Source: Macrostomum lignano (Eukaryota). From it: 64,000 nucleotides of DNA. This document shows positions 49,401 to 58,871 of this stretch, piece after piece. Under the pieces are notes generated by a model. It did no database searches and had not been told where the DNA came from. It worked only from the letters and a program-made list of their open reading frames with translations. Where the stretch lies: positions 196,882 to 260,881 of the forward strand of contig NIVC01000734.1 of the NCBI GenBank assembly GCA_002269645.1. The letters run 5' to 3'. The translations under genes and the position numbers were made by a program. Numbering within the stretch: position 1 is the stretch's first letter; every line of letters starts with the position of its first letter.

Positions 49401-50633
49401 AAGTAGCTTGAATGCTACATTTTTAGAGAAAATATTCTTGAAACCGAGTGTGTACATACCTTTGAGAATGCACAAGTAGGCCCCTTTTCAGCACACAAAT
49501 GCGCACAAATTTGACAAGTGCACACAAATGCGTAACAACTTTTGTGCAAGAATTCCATCATGGGTAGTAGGATCTTATTTTTAGTAAAGCAAAGACAAAT
49601 CATAGAACAATATAGTGGTATTAGTAAAATAGTATAGGCCTAAGAATACAAAAAAACTCACAATAGCAACATTTTAATTTTGATAGGTTTAATATAAAGT
49701 TATAGTTACTAAAAATAGTATAACATAATACTATAGTATCTAGTTTTAAAAAAACCTTGATGGCCAATTAAGCATAGGCCTAGGATCCAAAATTAGGATG
49801 TCAAAACTAGTCATAGATATATAACCAAACTTTACAATGGCTAATATACAAGTTTTCTCTAAAAATTATATATATTTAGGTTAAGTATATGAGTATGAGT
49901 TAGATGAGTTAAGTACATAATAATATATATATCTAGATTCTAGAGCACCTTTTTGCAACATGCTTTGCTTTGCATACAATTTAACTTTCTTTTTTCCTTA
50001 GTCACTAGTATAGGCCTAATAATATATTTTATGCTTCTAAATTTGTCTATTGATTAATTAAAGAAGTTTGTACTCTTTTTTATATTTTATTTAATTAATT
50101 TTCAATGTGTTTTGCCTATGTACCCCTGGAAATTTTTTTTGTGGTAATGGTTCTATAATATATATACCACCTTGTCCTTACCTTGACCACACTGACTATT
50201 AACCAACCATCTAGGCCTAGTCTAGATAGAGGGGTTGCCCCCCCCCCCTTAGGACTTAGGTGGAGACTGGAGACCAGAAAAAAATCAAAGGGAGGACCAA
50301 GCAATTTTGCGCCAAAATAGAGAGCCACACCCTCTTAGCCACCCCTTGCCCTCTGGGTCTTTACCCTCCAGAATCTGCCCCCCTCAACAAAATTCTGGTT
50401 GCACTAGGCCTACTGGTGTAAGTCCATCACATACTTAACCTAAAAAAACATAAAACACGTCTTTTGTATTAATTATACAGCTAAGACTAAGAGTGCATGG
50501 AACTATGCCTGTATGTTTTAAGAAAGCATTGAAAGAACACGGTTAACCTACCAAAATAATTCTTCAGATCGCCCTCCTTTACACAGGATGGAGCAGAATC
50601 GCAAAGAACTTTACTGAGCTGCTTAATTCCCAT
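40409..50633 (-). CDS. FEN1: Flap endonuclease 1 (XPG/RAD2 family), 4 exons, 388 aa
   Basis: Exons 50633-50552, 46609-46344, 45775-45317 and 40768-40409, phase-consistent with GT-AG. Motifs [66 protein letters not shown] and C-terminal PIP box QGRIDSFF. Confidence 0.97.
40875..41570. repeat. 25-27-bp minisatellite (GGAGTTCGAGTCTCAGGAGAGAGGTTC) in FEN1 intron 3
   Basis: Direct reading. Confidence 0.95.
42110..45303. repeat. 36-37-bp satellite array (GAGAATCTCTAAAACGATGGAACAAAGACACACTTC), about 3.2 kb, in FEN1 intron 3
   Basis: Direct reading; roughly 85-90 units starting about 14 nt after the donor site. Confidence 0.98.
45815..46150. repeat. About 21-24-bp repeat (CTAACATCTAGATCTATAGGGTAG and variants) in FEN1 intron 2
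   Basis: Direct reading. Confidence 0.92.
47340..48390 (+). mobile_element. EnSpm/CACTA transposase relic in FEN1 intron 1
   Basis: Fragments [12 protein letters not shown], (Y)[55 protein letters not shown] and DPMHQLYCG, with stops and frameshifts. Confidence 0.8.
47476..47883. mobile_element. hAT-like MITE (408 bp) with 8-bp TSD inserted in the EnSpm relic
   Basis: GTTTATGG at 47468-47475 and 47884-47891. TIRs TAGGGGTCGGAC / GTCCGACCTCTA. Confidence 0.88.
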
Positions 50634-50860
50634 AGTACACTTTGATGTAGATAAATTTCGAAAAGCTTGAGAATGTGTTCTAATGTAATTTGTAGTCTTG
50701 TAATTCTTGTAATTTGTTCTAAATAGACAAATTATCGCGAAGGCTCTATTCATGCATCAACTACTCGTCAGAGTCGATCGAATTCATAAACGGCGGCCAC
50801 GTGAAATTTAAACTTTCTGATCAAACATCTTAACAATTTTTTAAATAAAAATCTACTATT

Positions 50861-50879
50861 TTTCGCGCTAATGTTTGAA
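50861..50879. promoter_or_regulatory. Candidate E2F + CHR (DREAM-type) module upstream of FEN1
   Basis: TTTCGCGC followed after 5 nt by TTTGAA, about 230 bp upstream of the FEN1 ATG. Confidence 0.4.
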
Positions 50880-51042
50880 AATTTTGGCTTAGGTTTTCAT
50901 TATTTATCAATGGCGAAAAATAGTATTTCATTTGTTCTCTTTTTCCACCGTATAATAGAGTACTTGCACTTCGTAGCGAAACAATTGGTGTTGCATTGCA
51001 ATTGCATTGATCTTAGCCCTTAAAGCATTTGAGTAGCGCAAG

Positions 51043-52424
51043 CAGGGGCGTTGCCATGGATTTTATGGTGGGGGACAAGGCCAAGAACTTCACATTTAAA
51101 TGACTAAATTCCTACATTTCCATTATTCTGAGAATCGTGTTTGTAAGCGCAATTTTTCGGCGCCGCAGGTACTCATTTTAGCGACGCAGCCACTCATTTT
51201 GGCGCCGTAAGGTACTCATTTTGGCGCTGCAGCTGGCACTCCTTTTGGCGCCGCAGGCACTCATTTTGCGCTGCAGGCACTCATTTAATTGGCGCTGCAG
51301 CTCATGGGCATTCCTTTTTAGCGCCGCTGCACAATTTTGGCGCCGCGGCCCGCAAGCACTCATTTTAACGCCGCAGGCACTGATCATTTCGGCGCTGATG
51401 GTGCTATATTTTGGCGCCCTGAAGAAAAACTATTGATTACCACAACGAGGTCACAAGGTGGGGTGGGGAGGACAAAGCATTGGAATGCCCCCCATAGCTT
51501 TTTCTGTGCTTTGTTCTGTGCTATGTCAGTGCCAAAATCATGAGCACTGACAGCACAGATTCTCAAATAACCATCGCAACCAGCGGGGCGGCGCACTCCT
51601 TGAGGTTGATGTGCAGCTCCTTGAACGCGCCATTACAGTCGGACTGCCAGTCGATGTAAATCGCCAAACCGGTTCTCTGTCGACGAAATGCAGCACAGCA
51701 CCGCCTCCAATGTCACAGGCGTCAGACTCAATCGCTCCAGCGCCGGCCGACGCGAGGGCCAGGCAGCTCTAGGCGGCAGCGTGCTCAACGCGGTCATCCA
51801 CCACCTCAGCTGCGACTGGAGCTCCTCCGTGACGCCGACCCTGTCGGACGGATGCGCCAGGCTGTTGACCAGCACGATCAGCGGCCGCAGGAAAGTTCAC
51901 CCGTGCTGGGCGGCAGTGCACAGGTGGCTGAGGTGCCCGAGCAGCTTCTGCAGTTCCGCCTTGCACAGGCTCCTCCGCGAGAGGCAGGTGTCAAGGAGAA
52001 GCTGAAGCTTTTCGGCTTTGTCGGCTGGGAAGGTAAGACTGGCTTGCACGGTGTCGATGTCAATGCCAAGGAATCGCAGCTTTGTCGTCGGCGGCACCGA
52101 CTTTTTCTCGTTGATGGTGAAGCCAAGCCTGGTGAGCAGGTTGCGCAGCTCGTGGTAGGCCCTGTCGCACTCGGCTTTCGTCCTGGCCATGACGAGGAAG
52201 TCATCGATGAAAACGACGGTTGCCAGGAACCCCTTGCGACACATCATTCGCCGGGCCGCTTGCGTGAGGCGATGGAAAATGCTGACGGAGGCTCTGCTGC
52301 CGAATGGTGACCGCGTATCCACAAGGAAGGTTGAGCAGCCGTTGCCGAAGTCCCAGTGAATGCCGGTGGCTTGGTAGCACTTTGGGGCAACATCCACCCT
52401 GTCCCCCCGGTGGCGACGCGCCTG
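51043..52424. mobile_element. MITE of the CAGGGGCGTCGCCA family (1382 bp) carrying a DIRS RT fragment; perfect 8-bp TSD
   Basis: AGCGCAAG at 51035-51042 and 52425-52432. Left end CAGGGGCGTTGCCA, right end GGTGGCGACGCGCCTG. Confidence 0.88.
51600..52395 (-). mobile_element. DIRS/Ngaro-type reverse transcriptase-RNase H fragment
   Basis: PFGSRASVSIFHRL..VVFIDDFLV..LGFTINEKKS..LRFLGIDIDT..LQKLLGHLSH, then (frameshifted) ...EELQSQLRWW. Confidence 0.85.
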
Positions 52425-52940
52425 AGCGCAAGTCTCAAGTTCTCTCAACGGTAATCTCATCTTTGCATGTAATTGTTTCTGTTGGCTTTAAGCTCTTCAA
52501 TCAGTGCAAATGCTGGATAACCACGACCACAAGTTGCTAGATAGAAGTATACTGCGCATGCGCTTTGGCATTTCTCAATTACCGCCGGAAGCCGTCTCTT
52601 GAATGCATTTACATGTAGCAGTGTAAATTGTAGATTTATAAGTAACTGTCGTACACAGTAGATGTTTCAGTACATGTACATTCAGAAGTTTTATCGCTTG
52701 AAATATTGCTTTATCCCTAGGGAAATGAGGAAACTGCGGCTACCGTGTGATTCACCCGATTCATGTACATATGTGCGTGAAACTCTAGCGAGACTAAAGC
52801 TTATAACTATTGAATAAAGTTGTGCAAAAAGTACGTAGAGTAAGCGAAACTATATAAATTTTCCTCTCGTTGCAATATAATACGTTTTGTCAACAATAGG
52901 TTGGCAATTAAAGATTATTTAATTATATCACTGTTACATG

Positions 52941-53268
52941 CAGGCGCGTCGCCACCGGTGGGGGACAGGGGGGACATGCCCCCAGTGTAAAAGCTATGCG
53001 GGACAGGGACATGCCAATTCTTTGTCCTCCCACCCCACCTTGTGACCCGTTGTGGCAAATCAATGGTTTTTCTTCCGGGCGCCAAAAAGAAGCGACTTAA
53101 TTCTGCGCCAAAATGAGTGCCTGCGGCGCCAAAATCATGAGCACTGAGTCACTGACAACAACGATTCTCAAATAATGGACATGTACGAATTTAGTATAGT
53201 CATGTACATGTAATGTTGAATTCTTGGCTTTGTCTCTCCCCACCATAAAATACATGACGACGCCCCTG
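52941..53268 (-). mobile_element. MITE of the CAGGGGCGTCGCCA family (328 bp), inverted copy
   Basis: TIRs CAGGCGCGTCGCCA / GACGACGCCCCTG. Flanks GTTACATG and GTTATATG (7/8). Internal sequence matches the other copies. Confidence 0.85.
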
Positions 53269-53731
53269 GTTATATGTACATACCAGTATTTATCTGACCG
53301 TAGCAGTAATGTAGGGCTGACATATTGTCTGCAACGAAACATGCACATTTTGTATTTATGTTAATCTGAACGACAGAATTTGCACAGGTAAGAAATTTAA
53401 CATAAACATGTACTGCAAAAACTTTCATGTTTGCACGCCATTCTGCTTTTGTATAAAGCTACATGTACATGTAAAACTGGATGAAAATGTTAAGCCGTTT
53501 TCGGGAATTTACTGATAAAGCGATATTTATATTTCCCTAATTTAGCTATCACCCATCTAACATTGAGCCGATGTCGGTCGACGTGCCTAACGTCGATAAG
53601 TTTATGGCAAATTGGTACCTTTACACACTGTACCTTATGCCGCGATCGACGTACAATGTAGAAAAACCGCAATTCGTTTATTTTTTCACCAAAGTCAGCT
53701 CAACGTCGTTGTGTAAAAAGCACTCACCGTA

Positions 53732-54780
53732 CAGCATAATCCGACGTCGGTGACTTCGACCGACGTTTCAACGTCAATCAGAGTCGCTTCTAAATCTATT
53801 GATTTACATCTAACCGAATTTCGGAAGATTCATAACGTCGTTATGCGTCGATGTAATGTAAAAACACCTGCATGTATTTGCCGAATTGAAGTCCATCGAC
53901 GTAGTGTGCGTCGGCGGGTGTTGGGATGCTGCACTGGCTCATTTGTTAACGGTGTGCATCGAGAACAACTTAAATTCTTACTTTAAGAGACTAAAAATAA
54001 ACCAGAAATGAACAATGTTTTGTGTTTCCACTTACTAAAAGTTGTTATCGTTAGTCCATTTATAAGACCTTTTTGTATAGATTGCTTTCAAGGAGAATTA
54101 TTGTATCATATATTGGGGGCTGTCAGTCATTCAGTTGACGCAATTTGGAGCAGTTCGCGCAATCACCAGTTACACCCGTCAGATTTGTCGCACAGGAGCA
54201 CAGTTCCGGCCACGTAGAAGTTGCGCACCTTATCGCTAGGCGGATCGAAGGAGCTAACGCAGCCGTGCATGGCGTCGCCGGCTTTCACTGGCCAGTTGTA
54301 CAGCTCCCCGATGCCCTTGGCGCCGCTGCTGGTGAGGACACCCTTGAAGCAGTAGCGCTTGTTGCAGGTGTTCAACTTAGTTGTCAGGTCGGTGCCATCT
54401 GCAGTTAGCTGTGTGAAGTAACATTTTAGCTGACCGTAGCCGCTGGCTTGATTGTCGTACACAGCGACCGTCAAAGCCTCGTTTGCAACGCTTAGCGATA
54501 GGATGAAGATAAGACACACTCTGAACATCTTTGGAACTGAAAAAACACATGTTTACATGTATTTTTATATACTAATGTACTGTCTGTCTATAAACAAACT
54601 GATACAACCCCCGTGAAACATTCCGACGTTCGGCGTCGTACCCCGACATACCCGACGGCAAATTGGTCTTTTTACATTACGCCGACGCATGACGACTCTC
54701 GGCCAAACGTCGGTGTAATCTAAAAACATACCAAATTGCCAGCGATGTCGGTAGGCATCGTTGCCGACGTCGAACTTCTG
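53732..54780. mobile_element. Putative TA-flanked TIR element (about 1.05 kb) enclosing the three-finger coding exon
   Basis: TA|CAG ... CTG|TA termini and CGACGTCG subterminal motifs. 53837-53868 is the inverted complement of 54665-54696 at 28/32 positions. Confidence 0.55.
54163..54528 (-). CDS. Small secreted Cys-rich protein, three-finger/Ly6-uPAR-like (121 aa)
   Basis: Hydrophobic signal peptide MFRVCLIFILSLSVANEA, six Cys in the mature part, C-terminal CDKSDGCN, no GPI/TM tail. GC-rich coding-like composition. A TTTTTCAG acceptor lies just upstream of the ATG. Confidence 0.75.
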   Translation of the reverse strand: MFRVCLIFILSLSVANEALTVAVYDNQASGYGQLKCYFTQLTADGTDLTTKLNTCNKRYCFKGVLTSSGAKGIGELYNWPVKAGDAMHGCVSSFDPPSDKVRNFYVAGTVLLCDKSDGCNW

Positions 54781-56094
54781 TACAGAAGCAGAATGCAGTA
54801 CCTTTTGTCGTCAACGATCGAGTTGTTAAACAACTTAGAATAGATAGCTGCTACGAGACTGTTTTGAAGCCAGTTCGCGTCTCCGGTATGGACTCACTGG
54901 ACTCTGTTTTGAACCAGCGCAATAAATAGTTTGAAGAGACAAGTCCGCCCATCCCAATTCCGGTTGGATGTGGCTCTCCCAGCCGCCTCCCTGCTCCCCC
55001 CAACCCCCGCAGTTTCTACAATCACGTGACGACTACGGAGGCGGATTACTGCGAAGCATGAGTTGAAAGAAAAAAGAACACTAATTAAAGCAAATTGAGA
55101 AGAAATTTTATCTAACTTTGAATTCTGAAATTCAATTAACTGGCCACGCACATTGACTTATTTGTTTTACATTTCTTTATTACCTGTGCTTACCTGGGGT
55201 TTCAAATTCAGTAGGAGACGAATATTATTGACAAGAAAGTTGAATCAGACAAACCCTCAGTCTGTGTTTATATTTAAAACCGTAGTAAATTGGTGTGGAT
55301 GTTGAATAATATTGTTATATGGTCTGCTAAACATTTCAGTGTGTAGTGATACCTATGCAAACCAATACCCACGGATCTGCTATTGTTCACCTGATATTTG
55401 CCTAGTTTATTTTAATAGTGCATCTATATTTTTTAATGAAGCTTTTAATATTATTCTTTTTTATTGAGATTGCACTGAAGCAACTCTTCATGGCTAGCGG
55501 GTCTGCTAGCTATTGAGCGACTCCATCACTCAGCCATCTGTACTGTAATCCCCCCCCCACGTGCAGCGCATAACAAGCACCAGTACCGCCCACGCATTTT
55601 TCAGCTCGACTTCCGCCCTCAGCCCCCAACAGTTAATCTCGACCGATCCTGCTTAATAAATCATTTTTTGTATCCCCTCACTGCCATCGATGCCTCTTAG
55701 ATTTCATTTTCGGGAGGATTATAGCGATGGGTGATGATGATCTACTTGTAAATCAGCTTTATAACGATTCAGCATTGTTACATACAAAACTAGACTGATA
55801 GATTAGTTCACGCGGTCATGTCAACAGATGGTTTATTTGTTTTCTAGAAATGGCTCAAAGGGGTGTGAAATATTTTTATAGGTCTCAATCTAGCAAGTCT
55901 TCTCTCTCCGTTGGGTATTCAACAAAGAAAAGAATAGAAATGCAAATAAACAAAAAATGTGGACTCAGCGAAATCCTTTTACATTTGCTATTGTTTGTTG
56001 GTTTCTTAAAAAAGCATCACCTCTGAAAGCCAGCTATCTACTCGTACTAGCATAAGACATCGGCATCTCTTTTGAGCCTTGGAATCCCCGCATA

Positions 56095-56215
56095 AGTATT
56101 GACATCTCAGCAATTCCCCCATGAGCCTTGGCATCTCAGCAACTCCCCCATGAGCCTTGGCATCTCAGCAACTCGGCATGAGCCTTGGCATCTCAGCAAT
56201 TCCCCATGAGCCGTT
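56095..56215 (-). repeat. Inverted copy of the 29-bp repeat at 31290-31490
   Basis: GACATCTCAGCAATTCCCCCATGAGCCTTG units. Confidence 0.8.
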
Positions 56216-57092
56216 ACACGCACAATGCATGTGCAGTGCCCGGTCAATCGGGCATGAGCCTGAACGTCCAGCTATATATACTGTTTGATGGCTGGATGAG
56301 TGTCCCGTGACGCCTGCGTCATCGTGTTAATGCTGAAAATTGAATACTGAAGCACTCCACTCGCACTGACAAGGAGATCAGGGCAACCTACAGGATGGAC
56401 AAGCTGCCCTATCCATCCTTCTTCTCCTGTAAAAAAAATATTTATCTTTGTCTACTCTAATTCTATGCCTATGGTAGAAAATGCTCTGTGTAAAATCTAT
56501 AGATTAAGTACGATCCGTGCCTGTTTCTTCGGTGTCTATGGTACAGAGTCCTCGGACGCGATTCTCATAGCAATTTCTTTAGCCACCGAAGGAACAGACA
56601 AAGATTATAAATAATCGTTCGATCGTACCGCTGGTGCATTAAGTATGCTCTCGGGAAGACCAGCGCTGAATGCAGTTTTGACATAGACAAATTTTGTCGA
56701 GAAAATGCTGCTCTAGAAAAATCCGATTTCTCTAAACGACAAAAAATATACTCGTAGGATAAATATTCGTTCCGAAAATTTGGCTTGCTCAATACGGAGT
56801 TAAACGTCTAGGGGTTTTAAAACACTAGCACGTGAGGCTTGTAGATGTACATCACATTCTCATCTTATGATTCTCTGGCTGGAGGCGGGACGAAATACAA
56901 GGGCTCCAGTGGATTCAGCTAAGGAACTTCAGAAGGGCGCCAAAACTTTGGCGGGAATATGTTGGTAGGAAACTGGCCTGTGGAATGAGTCTAGATCTCT
57001 TGCTCCCGCATCAGTTATGCAGTAAATTCCGATTACCTACACGAGGCCAGTCACATATATAGGTTTCTTAAACTGGAACTCACTTTTCTCTG

Positions 57093-57750
57093 ATGCGCCT
57101 GACGCTGCCGCCAGAGATGCCGTTGCCGGCAGAGGAGAGCTTCAGCCTAGCACCAGTCAGCACAGCCGACTTTGTGAGGCTCGCCCAACAGTCACCGGGC
57201 GGGAAAGCGCTGGGTCTGGACGAGGTGCCCATCGAGGCGCTGCGCATCCACTGTGTGGCCAGTGAGGTCGCCAAAGTGATGAATCGCGTGCTCTTCGGTG
57301 AGGAGGCACCCAACGAATGGACCACGGCGCACATCGTCGCAGTTCCTAAGAAGCGGGGCACCACGAGGCTTGAAGAGCATCGAGGCATCTGCCTTCAGTC
57401 ATGCGCTGCGAAGCTGTTCAATCGGATGCTGTTATCGCGGTTGCAACCAGTGCTGGATCCGTACCTGCGTCCTGAGCAGAACGGCTTCGGGCCCCATCGC
57501 GGCACAGTGACGCAGATACTGGCTCTTCGCCGGGTCATCGATGAGACGCGGACACACCAATCCATCCTGATTGTTATCTTCATAGATTTCAAGAAGGCAT
57601 TCGACTCGGTCGTCAGGTCTGTGCTCCCAAAGGTGCTCCGTGCGGACAACGTGCCAGAGCAGCTAAGTTCCGCCATCATGGCGATGTACCGCAATACGAC
57701 AGCTGCTGTTTCAACCGGACGGCCTGTGGGACTTCTTTGAGACATCCTCT
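57093..57750 (+). mobile_element. Non-LTR (RTE-like) reverse transcriptase fragment
   Basis: KALGLDEVP..PNEWTTAHIVAVPKK..HRGICL..KLFNRML..EQNGF..QILALRRVI..FIDFKKAFDSV, then frameshifted PDGL.DFFETSS. Confidence 0.9.
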
Positions 57751-57918
57751 CGATGGTTTTTCACACATAACTTTTGAATGAATGGACCAAAATACACGCG
57801 ACTGAGTTCATTGGAAAGAAGAGAGGTGCCGCTTGAAAATGACAGCAAAGTTGTGCTTACAGCTGCTACTGTTTTTGATCTGGGATTAAAAGTGTCAGAA
57901 CTTTCCGGACACCCCTCG
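57751..57918 (-). mobile_element. Mariner-like element end
   Basis: Minus strand TA|CGAGGGGTGTCCGGAAAGTT is a typical mariner TIR start; it truncates the LINE fragment. Confidence 0.65.
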
Positions 57919-58871
57919 TATTTTGTTGTATATATGTGCACAACCTGTATGTGCTCAGCAGACAACGGAATGGGCAAAATTGAATCAGCATTGGCTAGAT
58001 GACGATGTCTTCGAAGACGACTCAATACTTCTGCAGTTCTTATTACTACAATTATTATATTATTAATAATATTAGTATCAGTACGACGTACTATCCCGCT
58101 CCTCATGAAAAGCAGTAACGCAATAATTATGTAGCAGCTAGGTGTGAGCATAGATTGAGGGCTAAGAATAAAGTATTCAACCTTAAAGTATCTATCAGTT
58201 GCTAGTGAGATCAAGGAATGTCAGCTTATCGTACCAGTTTATTTCTAATAATTAAAAAACTCTAGCCTGCTTAGAAAAGTCGTCGAATTCATCAAGCATC
58301 TTTTTTAAAAGTTGGTGACTTATTGAAATTTGGGAATTTTACAAGATAGTTGGATGACTCACATCACTCTACTGTGTGTAAGAGTAGAGAGACCCGAGCT
58401 TAATTGCAATATATGAATTTTCATCTCTGCAAAAGTGTTGAGTCGACTCTCAAGTTGCATCTGGAAGCCACAGCTTGTCTTGTTCCAGAAATTTTCAGGA
58501 ATTTCAACTTACATGTGTACAAAACATGGTTATTTAACTTTTTCTCGAAGTTTTCCAAAATTTGCATAGCTATCCAATATTTCAGGTTGTTGTATAATTG
58601 AATTCTTTTAGTCCCTGTCATGAAATTAAATAAAAAACTAATAATATAGTCACACACTGACTATAAACATTTAGGAATGCTTTATTATTAGTTTGTCGGT
58701 AAATATTAGGTTGATACAAGGTTTACTGCAAAACTTCGGAAAGAAATGATCTATCTAAGACAATTTTAATCCAATGTGTTACGCGTACAGCATTTGGTGA
58801 CAGAGACGGATATGCTTTCAGTTATTAGATCAAACAGTATCCAAGCATTTTATTGGAGAAATTTTCCGGCT

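Noticed and set aside
51043-53268. Two inverted MITE copies acting as ends of one composite element
   Set aside because: Each copy has its own pair of TIRs and its own TSD (AGCGCAAG; GTTAC/TATG).
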